Shown: in pieces, positions 10,346 through 21,000 of the stretch
How the letters are laid out: every line of letters begins with the position of its first letter
How positions within the stretch are numbered: position 1 is the first letter of the stretch
Origin: Epithemia pelagica
Lineage: Eukaryota; Protista; Bacillariophyta
Assembly: GCA_946965045.2 (NCBI GenBank)
Contig: OX337228.1
Span: 6,696,001 to 6,760,000, forward strand
Direction: 5' to 3'
Length of the DNA stretch: 64,000 nucleotides
Translations under genes and position numbers: made by a program
The notes under the pieces: model-generated
What the model was told of the DNA's origin: nothing
Database searches by the model: none
The model's input: only the letters and a program-made list of their open reading frames with translations

Positions 10346-11902
10346 TTATTCGATTCCTGTAACATCTTCTCTGTTTCTTTGGAACTGCCTTCCATCGTAC
10401 GGTAGATACACCATATCTTCAGTTGCCCAGTAGGATGGAATGCGTTCGACAAAGTCTTTTTCGTTGGCACGATCGCAATCCAGAGATGGCAGTTGAACGC
10501 AAAACGCGTCTGCTACATCAAACGTGCTCACCTTGGCCAGTTGATAGAGTGGCATAAACCTGTACAACGCACAATACATATAAAGTGAGAGAAATGTCGT
10601 GAGAACAGGACGTTGTGGACGGAAACCAGAACGCCAACTCTCTATAATGTCCCATCAAGACCTACCGAAAGGGTTGTTCAAACAAGTGACTCATCTCGTC
10701 CAACCCCATCATGGCAAAGCCCACAATCATCGACAAGGCTAGAGTCGACCATTCTGTCATACCAGCACCCAACAAGGCAAAGGGTAGGGTGGCCAGGTAG
10801 ACAATCATGAGCCTTCCAGCATGGGCGGCGTAGACAGGTGGAATGGGCGACGCTCGAATGCGTTCTCCCTCCATGACGACTCCATTCAGCTGTTTCAAAT
10901 TATCTTCAATTAATCGGTGTTCCGTCGTCCCAATCAATTTTCGTCTCGTGACATCCCCCATGATTTGTCGCAATCGATGAATGATGGCAATCGGTTGTTT
11001 TCGTTGATGTCGCATAAAGGCGGCATCCTCTCCCTTGAGAATGCACTCAACAATATCGTCGTTGGCAATTTCTCGCAAATGGGACTTTAATGCCCATCCA
11101 AAAAGGGCCAAATGACGGGCCGCCAAGAGACCAAGTTTCGGATCGCGAGGAGCCACATAGGTGGCGAAAAGAAGGGCTGTATCGCGCGTTTGCAGGACCA
11201 TGCGACCCATGGCCCGACGAGCATCTTTGAGACGACTGAGACCCTGATTGCTTCGCAGGGTTTGCAGAGCTGCCACAAAGGTGGACACGAGCGACAGTGA
11301 CGTTAACGGTACACGGAATCGAACCGTTGTAGCCGGACCCCCAGCAGTATTGAGCAATATTGCCGCACTGGACCAGATCAGGAGTGCACCTAATTGAGGA
11401 AAACACCGAATGAGCAACCGTGATTTGGGAAGACCAAAGATGTAACGGAGGTGTCTCCGTCGACTGGAGTGCTTTTCCCATTCCTCCAGCCCCCAATAAC
11501 TAGTGAAAGACAACTGACGAGAGCTAAACCAGCCTGTGGAGAGAATGATACATGTCAGAAACAGACGAATTGGGTCCAATCACTACACCTGCGATGATAT
11601 CTTGCTGACTCACTGGGAACCGTGGGATCGTATCGCTCCGATTGTAACTCATGGAGTACGGTGCGAATATCTTCTTCAAAAGATTCGAAAGAATCCAAAC
11701 TGGACGCCTCGTCGTCCTTGTTGTTGTGGCCTCGCCAACGGCTGCTGTGAACCCATCGATGTCGACCTTCAATATACTTGTGAATCTTTGTGTGAGGATG
11801 ATGATTCAACGATACAAATGAGTGGCCGTTCGGCAGGAATTGAAGTAGAAGAATGCAGCATAGTACAACAATCTTGGTCATACAAGTTTGGAGGGTTGCC
11901 AT
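10346..11902 (-). CDS. Plastid-targeted bestrophin-like (UPF0187/RFP-TM) anion channel, ~456 aa; exons 11902-11614, 11533-10666, 10559-10346
   Basis: Signal peptide ending GHS-FV (ASA-F-like). Motifs EEWEKHSS..R, LRSNQGLSRL..ARRAMG, ERIRASPIPPVYAAH and GLDEMSHLFEQPFR. Introns GTGAGT..CAG (80 nt) and GTAGGT..CAG (106 nt) keep the frame. Confidence 0.9.
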
Positions 11903-12112
11903 TGGCAATAGGTGATTCTAGGATTGTATCATCGCTGTGTTCGGATGAAATCTTTTGTTTGTTTTATCCATTTGTTGTCTGTTGGATGGAAAAGACAACG
12001 ACATTCTAGAATTCGGGGGTAAAAAGAGTTCTTTTTTCGATCAGCTATCATCAGCCCCCTTTTCTTCTCTACTGAGCTACCACTACCATAGCGACAGAGG
12101 TAGCCTCTCTAT

Positions 12113-12128
12113 CTAGGAGTACTCCTAG
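12113..12128. other. Perfect 16-bp palindrome CTAGGAGTACTCCTAG
   Basis: Seen directly, ~210 bp upstream of the bestrophin ATG. Confidence 0.85.
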
Positions 12129-12720
12129 CTACTCTAGGCAGAGAGCTCTCCCTCTCTCAACTCCCTGCAAGGAAAGAGTTCGACTGGGATCGTGCTGCGG
12201 CTTCTATACTCGATATCTTTATTTACCATGGATAGCCGGAATCGTCCTGGAACGGACCCTCCTCCAGCATATTTCATTGGATGTCTTTCGAGCAATAAAT
12301 CACGTCGCAATGCAGGTAGAGGCACCCGCAGACACGAGACGACTCTACCACCGCCTCTACGAGAGAATCTCCATGAATCCCGCTCACTAGAGAGACGGAA
12401 CGAACCAACTACAAACAGTTGGAATGGAATCCTTGCATCACACACGTGTTTCTCGTGGACTTTCTATCAACCTTGTTTTATCCACATACTGTTAGTAGTA
12501 ATCTCTCGGGCGGTTCGACGATTCTCTGCGAGAGGATCGTGCGTCTGCATCCAACAAGAGAGAACCGTGTGCGGTGGGCGCTCCTACTGAGTGACAGAGA
12601 GAGAGAACCATGGGATTGTCTTTTTTTCACTCGCCCAACCCAAAGAAAAGAGCATCGAAACCAGAGTTTAGGGTTTGTCTTTCTTGAGCGTTTTGTTGCT
12701 TGTAGGATCGCTTTCGGTTT

Positions 12721-13202
12721 TTAATACAAGTAGACCAGTCCATAAAAGAGAGTCCAAAAGAGGGTAAAACTGAGAGCAAATTGTTGGGCGCCCATGGTCA
12801 GGTACACAAACCACGATTGTTTTGTATAGGCTGACAAGTTGCCCTTCATTTTGAAACACCAAATGGCAACACAAACTGCAACATGCCACGCCACAAAACA
12901 GACTGTTGGCAAGTAAGTGCAGTCGAACATACGTGAGAGTTGTCAGTTCCGAGATGAGAATCTTTCGGGAGAAATCGAAACGGGCCAAGTTGGAACTCCA
13001 AATACGCATGTCGTCACGTACCAAACCCAGAAAGACCCGTCAATCCGCAAATTCCAGCGACGCAGCCAGCAACAGTCCCCATGACATTTTTGATTCGATC
13101 AATGCGTTGCATATTCATGCCCATGGCCATGGGATCCACCACTTCTTTGGTCGAAGACTCATTGCCAGGAGCATTCGTGTTGGGCGTACCCAAATCGGCC
13201 AT
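12721..13202 (-). CDS. EMC6: ER membrane protein complex subunit 6 (TMEM93 family), ~120 aa; exons 13202-13022 and 12902-12721
   Basis: GTVAGCVAGICGLTGLSGF|VCF and C-terminal SFTLFWTLFYGLVYLY are typical EMC6. Intron GTACGT..CAG of 119 nt. Alternative ATG at 13217. Confidence 0.9.
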
Positions 13203-13497
13203 GGGATCAGCAATCATGATGAATGATTCTCGTTATAGAATTTGTTCGACTTGGCAAAGAAGAAGAGAAGAGACAAACACGCCCTATATTCGTTCCATAT
13301 GGATATCTCGGATTCGCTGCGGATACGCGGAGGGAGCTCCGCCGTGCGGACAGCAGACAGACCGCTTACGTGTCCAATGTCAGTGAGCGAAACCCGAGCG
13401 AAGCTACAGTTTCCTTGCCACGGCTGACGGCTGCAACCCGCAAGTGCCCCGTCTTCAACTTTTATTGCAACAACATCTTGCAAACTGTAAGACTATC

Positions 13498-13845
13498 ATG
13501 CCACGAGTATTGTCTGGATTGCAAAAAGAAGTCTTGGCCTTGTATCGCAAAGTCTTGCGTGAGGCGCACCACAAGGATTGTCAGGCCTTGTCGACCACAA
13601 AGGAGCAGCAGCGCCCGTCTTTGGCATACTTGTTGGGTCGCAAACGCAGACAAAACGATCCATCGACGACGACGCGGTATGCGGTGGAGGAATTTCGTCG
13701 ACAAGCTCAATCGGTGAAACGTTCGGATTTCAAACGAATCGAATATTTGATTCGCAAGGGAGAAAAACAAGTCAAACTCTTGCAAATGCCAGGAGTCAAA
13801 CATGTCCTTGGTAGTCAAAATACCAGCAGCCTTTCAACGAGTTGA
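13498..13845 (+). CDS. SDHAF1: LYR-motif protein, succinate dehydrogenase assembly factor 1 (SDH6-like), 115 aa
   Basis: MPRVLSGLQKEVLALYRKVLR..EEFRR..DFKRIEYLIRKGEKQVKLLQMPGV. Confidence 0.85.
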   Translation: MPRVLSGLQKEVLALYRKVLREAHHKDCQALSTTKEQQRPSLAYLLGRKRRQNDPSTTTRYAVEEFRRQAQSVKRSDFKRIEYLIRKGEKQVKLLQMPGVKHVLGSQNTSSLSTS

Positions 13846-15111
13846 TCATGTCGTGGGTCTCCTGTTGCTTCTGGGAAGATGGCTACGTGGAATCTGCCAG
13901 CAGACACGAGAGAGGACAATCGCAAGTGTCGTCTCGGCAGGACAAGCGAGATGGGAGGTTCGAATTGATGCTTGATGGATTGGAGTGGATTGTGTCAATT
14001 TCTTCCGGATCAAAGGTTTCTTGATACCCTCCCAAGAAACGAGGCGGAGAGGTGTCAAATTGACCCTGTCGTCGTTTGCCAGAGACGATATCGCGAACAA
14101 GACGCGGAAATATCCTGCCCGGTTACAAAACCTTCTAGTATCCACGTCAATTACCTTGATGGAAACGAAAGGCTTGTAATGTTGGAACTTGTGTGACCAG
14201 TACATATATGGTGCGCAGAATTCTAGAAGGCGACAAAGATGTGTTCAGGCCTAGAGAAGCTGTTCTTGGTCCGAGAAGAGACAGGTCGAGTAGAAAACGA
14301 AAACCTTCTCCCCCACATAGGACTCTAAGATTCATAGGAGTGAGTTTCATCTCGCTACATGTCAGACCATGGTATATCATGCCAGGGAATGTAATACTTT
14401 TCTAATTAATCGGAGTATAGGTAGTTGTTCTTCTTATGAGTAGGAGTACATGGCTAGAGAAAAAGGAGCACTACCCGCTCGATTGCTATGGAGCTAGGCC
14501 TATTTTCGCAGTCGCGGATCCGTCTGCCACGCGTACGTATCTGTAGCCGCCCGGCCATCTCACATCGCGCGCATGACCGTCAGCGAGCTCGCACAGCCAT
14601 TTTCTAATAGGGCGTTCTGGCTTGGGGAAGGTTACAGCCCCCCATCGCTCCTTCATCGCTTGCGCGATTGCCCATGGCATGCATTCTTCATCCCCAATGT
14701 ACAATCTATGGTGTGTTATGGGAGACTTGGCGAGATGGAACGTATGCCTATTCGGAAAGGCCGCAATAGGGCAGAGAACAAAAGGGTCAGAGCACGAGGA
14801 ATAGTTAGACAAGGACCTCGTCGGCATTCCAATTGCCCTGTCCTTTTCAAGAAGCTTTTGAAAGTCAGGGCACACGACTAGACGCTCAATAAGAGAACAA
14901 GACGGTGCCTCTCGTTTTTTTGTATTTGAATTTGGCATCCGCATGTGTGTGGAGCTGAACTGAGCGTATACCAACAGGCCATTGTCCGTATCGGAACCAT
15001 TTCTTTCTTGCAGGTGTTCTTGCTTCGTTTCCGAGTTGTAGTATTGTTGTCTGGTCGATATCGTCCATGGCGGTCTAAGAGGACAAACGGCTACTTGTGT
15101 TATTCTGGATC

Positions 15112-17601
15112 ATGGAGGAGGACCCTACGGAGGAAACAAAGGGGGCTGCTGCTGCTGCTGCTGCACAAAGCTCGCCGTCCAATGTGGCACGAAAACAACC
15201 CATTGAGAAAGGAGAGGAGGGTGAACAGCAGCAACAACAACAAGAACAACCTGTGAATGCGGATCCAGCAGCCGAGACTACAAATCCATTGTCGCCATCC
15301 GAATCACCAAAGGCTGTGCCATCGTCTCCAGCCAAAAAGCCCAAGCGACGATCTCCCAAAATTCCTTGGAAAAAGCCCAAAGACATGCCGAAACGACCCC
15401 TGTCTGCGTACAATTTGTTTTTCAAAGACGAACGAGAAAGGTTGCAACAAAAACAACAATCACAACCATCCGACAAGAAGGAGCCTCCAGCGCAGGCAAA
15501 GACGGTCGTCGAGGCATCCTCAACTACTTCTACTACTGCCAGTACTCCAACAGCCAAAAAGGGGCTGGGCTTTGCTCGATTGGCTCAAACCGTTGCGGCC
15601 AAATGGAAGGGATTGGATGCCGCAACACGAGCACCCTACGAACATCAGGCAGCCGCCGACAAGGAGCGATACGACAAGGCCGTGGCCATTTGGAGAGAGG
15701 AACAGGCCCGTAAAAAGAAGCAGCAGCAACAAGAGCAACAACAACAAGCCGTACGACAATCCTCATCATCCTCACAAAGAACTGGTCCACCAACCATGCG
15801 AGAGCAGCAAGGGGAAGATCATCACCATCATCTGCAACAACAGTCGTATGGCAATTTACCACATGTGGATTCCTTGGATTCAGGGAGAGGAGGAGGTGGA
15901 CTGCTAGAGTCTTTGCAAAGCCGAGGAGGGTCGCCGTCCGATGACCAGACCAACGGGAGCAACAAGAGTTACCCTCAAGATTGGTTCGAAGCCACCACTG
16001 GAAGTGGTGGTGGTGGAACCTCCAATCTCAGTTACGAGGAAGCTAGCAATAGTATGATGGAGAGGGGGGATGGCAACGACCACGAAGAGAGAGAACGCGA
16101 CATGTTACTCTTGGCTCCCACCTCGCCACTCCTCGATCCATGGACCAGCGGTTTAATCATGTCATCGTCGACATCGGCGTCTCATACACAATCCACATCT
16201 GCTGGTCATCTTCCGGAATCGTCTCTGCCCTTTCTGGGTGGTACACAACAACAGCAACCTGGGCCACGATCCCAGACCATAATGCATAATCATCATCATC
16301 CCCCTCATGCACACGTGCATCCTTCGACTCGGGGGTTCTTTGGAGCTCCGGTTCCACCCAACAGCATATTTCATAACCAGTCGCCGCACATGGAGGCGCG
16401 TAGTGGTGCGGCATTGCCATCTTCCTTCGCCACCACTCGCCCACCATCATTGCAGCAACAACACTCCTTGTCGTACGAGCGGTACCCCTTCAATACGCTT
16501 TATAATAATACAAATATTCATAACAATCCAGAACAACTGGAAGCACCAGGAGCGACAAGTCCCTTGTCCAGAATATCACCCACCAACCCATTTTCTTCCC
16601 AGTCGTTATCTCTGTTTTCGGGACCATCGTCATCCATGACGATGGGCCTCCCACAACAACAACACACAACAAACTCCTCACAACTTCCACGGACCAATCC
16701 AGGTCCATTCATACCCTTTATAAACAACTCACAGTCTGCTTCTTCTTCGTCGTCCTTTGATTTGAATCCTCGACCTTTGCCAAGGGCCTCTGCGTCTTCC
16801 TCAAGCATGGACCATCATCATCATCAACGACTCATGATGCGCATGAATTCCCTTCCTCCCCCGGCCCATCATCATCATGCTTCCTTTCCTTCCTCCTCCA
16901 TGTCGTCATCCTTGTATCTTGACGTGGCCGTGGACAGCACTGCTGGCAGGTCAAACAACCTACCAGTTCCCGCAACCAACATGGGCCTACACGAACGCAT
17001 CCACAATCATAACAACAACCCACAATCCAATCCGCTTTTGGATCCAACACTGTTTTCATCCCAACCATCTTCTATGGCTTTTGGGGCACTCGACAGTAAT
17101 CGAGCCGCTTCTTCGTCGTCGTCCATGGATCTGTCAGCCTCACGATCGAGTCGACAATCCTTGTTGTTCTCGACCAGGGATCTTGGTGATGGGGGTTCCT
17201 CTCTATCATTGCTAGATCCACAGCAACCACACCAACAGCAGCCGCACCAAGATATTGGACATGTACGATTCCTGGAGGAAATGTCCATGTCGTCCAGTCC
17301 ACAACCACAACAAGCACCACCACCCTTGTTTGGAGAACTGCAAGAACGCGCATCCACCTCCATGGAAAACTCGACGATTCCGAGCGCCACGACTGGGCCT
17401 TCCTCCGATCCGCAGGATGCACATCACCTTCGAGGTAATAATGAACCGTTGGATCCAGGCATGCTCGAGTACATGACTCGGTTGCCCTCCTCGTCGGGAA
17501 GATCAATGACGACCACAAGAGCAGAAGGCGACCACAACAATACGGGGAATGTGATGGGGCGATCTACGGGACTACCGCACCGAAAGGACCAACATGGCTA
17601 A
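15112..17601 (+). CDS. HMG-box protein with a long Q/H/S-rich disordered C-terminal region, ~829 aa
   Basis: PKDMPKRPLSAYNLFFKDER..GFARLAQTVAAKWKGLD..PYEHQAAADKERYDKAVAIW; ATG at 15112. Confidence 0.9.
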   Translation: MEEDPTEETKGAAAAAAAQSSPSNVARKQPIEKGEEGEQQQQQQEQPVNADPAAETTNPLSPSESPKAVPSSPAKKPKRRSPKIPWKKPKDMPKRPLSAYNLFFKDERERLQQKQQSQPSDKKEPPAQAKTVVEASSTTSTTASTPTAKKGLGFARLAQTVAAKWKGLDAATRAPYEHQAAADKERYDKAVAIWREEQARKKKQQQQEQQQQAVRQSSSSSQRTGPPTMREQQGEDHHHHLQQQSYGNLPHVDSLDSGRGGGGLLESLQSRGGSPSDDQTNGSNKSYPQDWFEATTGSGGGGTSNLSYEEASNSMMERGDGNDHEERERDMLLLAPTSPLLDPWTSGLIMSSSTSASHTQSTSAGHLPESSLPFLGGTQQQQPGPRSQTIMHNHHHPPHAHVHPSTRGFFGAPVPPNSIFHNQSPHMEARSGAALPSSFATTRPPSLQQQHSLSYERYPFNTLYNNTNIHNNPEQLEAPGATSPLSRISPTNPFSSQSLSLFSGPSSSMTMGLPQQQHTTNSSQLPRTNPGPFIPFINNSQSASSSSSFDLNPRPLPRASASSSSMDHHHHQRLMMRMNSLPPPAHHHHASFPSSSMSSSLYLDVAVDSTAGRSNNLPVPATNMGLHERIHNHNNNPQSNPLLDPTLFSSQPSSMAFGALDSNRAASSSSSMDLSASRSSRQSLLFSTRDLGDGGSSLSLLDPQQPHQQQPHQDIGHVRFLEEMSMSSSPQPQQAPPPLFGELQERASTSMENSTIPSATTGPSSDPQDAHHLRGNNEPLDPGMLEYMTRLPSSSGRSMTTTRAEGDHNNTGNVMGRSTGLPHRKDQHG

Positions 17602-18023
17602 CATCGGGCTGTAACAACTAACTATATATAGGCACAACAATGCTGCTAAATCAAACCTGGCATTCAAAACCTTTTTTTACCAAAGTGGGGATAAGAAACT
17701 TTCAAAAAGACTCTAACTAAACTTAGTTTTTATCTTCCGCTGCAGTCTGATTGTTGCTGTTGTTTGGTGATGGCTGTGGAGGTGTGGCTGGAGTTTGATG
17801 CGGATCCGAACTCGACATCAGACATCTTCCTCTTACGAATTACGATGGCCGTAACTACGACTATAGGGTTGGCCATTCGGCCGAACCAGTGCACCGACAT
17901 ATCTACGTCATACAATATAAAAACAAATAAGTATGTTCGTAACCAGCACTCGCAGAAAAACATCCATCTCGCCTACTAGTTTTCACAGGAAGGTTTCAAC
18001 TATCCGACCAGGTGCTGTTTAAA

Positions 18024-21000
18024 TTAGCTATTCGTATTGTTTCGTTCCAAGACAGTTGCCAGGGATATCGACTTTTTATTCTCGTTGTTTTGCTTGTGGT
18101 GGTAGTAATTTCGCAAGGAACCAGCCGATTGCGGAGCCGTCGACGACGATGGAGAGTTCCTGTCGTTTTTGTTCCGTCGATTCCACGGCCGTCCCGTCAA
18201 AAACCGATGGTTTTCAGATGCCACCGAAGAAGAAGGTGTTTGATGAGAGGTTGCTTCGTCCACGTCCAAGAGATGCATGGTTTCTACCGAAGTATTTTGA
18301 TGCGAATGATCATCCTGAGGAGATGGATGTCCCAGTGCCAATGATCGTTGCGCAGCCGGGCCACTTCTACTTTGATCGTCCATGTCTAACAGGTGAATTG
18401 TTTCTACTGATTCAGACCATCCACCGCTGGTCTGGTTGGCGATCGACCGATCGTCTGGTTGCTGTCGCCGTCTTTGATTGTGCGAATCAATACCCAGGAC
18501 TCGCAGTGAAGGAAGGCCTCCTGAGCGAGGTGTGTTTTCATTGCCACCTTTGGGGCTTTGATATTTATTCGCTCGTTTTTGATCCCTGCTGGGGGGACCA
18601 TCCGTGTTGTCATAGGAAGAAACGGAATACTCATCTGGTAAGAGAACAACCATTCGACGGGAACCACTCGTCGTTGTGCCAGTGAGAATGGAATTCTCTG
18701 CTACCGACGGATCCACATCGACATGGTTGTAGTGCAACCTCTCGACTCGACGCTTGTCGTCATCACCATTGTCAAAGTGTCCATGGTAGGCAGGATGACG
18801 ACCGGCTTCCAAACTGCTATTCTGTCGTAGCCGTCTGTCTTGGAACGACGTCGAGTCGGCTGACCTGTTCAAGGCATCCATATTGAGCGCAATGCGTTGA
18901 TGCAAGCCGCCACTATGATTCGTGTTTGTGGTGCTCATGCTCACATCACCCGTTGTTTGACGCTCCAAGTCATGGATACGACGAATAATGGATTCTTCGT
19001 CCTCTGTGCGAACCGATTCATTCAAACTATTGGGTGCAGATTGCATCGACTCGCCGGGCACGTAGGAATATTCCACAGGCATCAGTTCGTACAACCGTCT
19101 TGTGGGACTTGGCGCTGATTCAGCAGAAGCTTCGTTCTTGAGAGTTTCTTGTTGCTGTGTAGCGCGCTTGCCATTGTTCTTCGTTTTTGTGTTGTCCTTG
19201 TCCACTGAACTATACGCAGTCGCAGTCGTCTTCTTGCTGCTATTCACGTTCTCGTTCCGACGTTTCGGCTTTGCCTGTTCTATTCCAGCACGTACTTCTG
19301 TAGCTCTTGGAGCCATGGGTTTGTCGTCGTCATAATCACGATGGAAGTGAGGTACAGCTCCTGGAGACTCTCGTTCCTGTCGCCACTCGTTTGACTCCGC
19401 TTCTTGTGTCATTCTCTCCCTGTCTGTGTCCCTACTATTCCTCAGGGTTCCGTGCAAAATCGCCATGGCTTCTTCTTCTTCGCATGGATCGTTACAACAG
19501 TCCACCATTGAGTTGGCCAGCGTCACGGAGGACCGAAACAAGGGAACGATACTACTGCCCATGCTACTGGACTCCTTGGACAACGAAGAATGTTCTCTTC
19601 GAGGAACCACTGGCAATATTGTTGGTGACTTTTTCTGCTCTTTGGCTTGAGGTTGTGCAACTTTGACTGTTCCCATGGCCGGATGCGCTCCCCCGTTGGT
19701 ATCGAAACTCGAACTCACTGTGGGTTCATCCTCTTCCTCATCATTGCCAGTGATAATCTTTAACACGTCCATATCAACATTTCTGGATGTATGCTGTTGG
19801 TCGTTCGCCGCATGGTCCATCTCTTTTCGGTGGGTCCCGTTCTTCTTTTTGTTTTGCGAATGTCTGGCCGAAAGACGATCCCATGCCTCTCCTGCCGTGA
19901 TTGTTGTAGCAGTGGGTGTCCGGAACTTGTACGACAAGGGAGGTCCTCCTCTGTCGTTACCTCCTGACGACTCTTCCTCAGTTCCAATGGATGCTGTCGA
20001 TGTAGTGGTTGGCGCAGTAGCCAGCGATGGAGCATCATCATCTTGCTGTGCATGATGCGGTGATGCATGGTCACTGTGATAAATGACCTCGATCGAATTC
20101 CCATTCAGAGCAACCAAGATTGGATCTTCGTAGGGTTTGTCGTTCTTGTTCGTGCCATGACCAACGGAGGTACCGGCACGCAACGATGCTTTTTCACCAC
20201 GTTCATTTTTGATTCGGCCCTCTTGGGGAGAGGGTGGTCGACGCAGACGAAACAAATTGGCCTTGCGCGCAAGACACAAGGGAGAAGGAACTAAAGCACT
20301 GTCCCGATGGGTCGACGTCGTGTCTTTGGGTCCCCGTCGTTTGTTGTTTTTCGTGCTCTTGTTGTTGTTGGTCTTGTTGTGTTTTGGTTTGTTCTTGGTG
20401 GTGGTTTGTTTGCTGGTACCGGCTGTGGTAAAGGTTGCCGTTTCCACCAGACTGCTCGTGTCTGACGGGGTGGTTGCCGTGTGTGCAGCTACCAGAGCAG
20501 GAATCTTGTCCTTGTCCCAGTCATAGTCCTCTTCTTCCAACATGGTAGCAGTGGCCAGGTCATGATCGTGAGTATGTTCTTCTTGATAGATATTGTGATG
20601 ACTATTGTCATCCTCCACGAGACCGGCCACAACCAACTGCTCCGACGTAGAGGATGCCACAGAACCGTCTTCGCGTGGTTGCTGCTTGTGCCTTGTTGGT
20701 TGGGATGGTGTCAAAACCGAGTCTTTGGGGGTCAGGGGTGGTGGTCGTTCGACTTCCGGTCCATACCGTTCTCCCTGCTGTTGTTCGTGTGGTTGAATGC
20801 GGGTATACAAGTCATCCTCGCCTTGTTCCATGGCCGAGGCATGATCCAGGTCCCGTTCTTCTTCTTCTTCTATGTCTTCGCGTGTCACCTCTAATCGGTT
20901 GCCATCGTCCTTGCGTGGTGGATGGGAAGGTTCGTTGTGGACGGTCGATGCCGTGGCAGTACTGGACGAAGGAACAAAGAGTGAGGCCGACGAACGCAAA

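Noticed and set aside
13842-14974. Protein-like fragments 13972-14196 (+) and 14486-14974 (-)
   Set aside because: No family motif or splice structure could be established; a TBLASTN/HMM search is needed.
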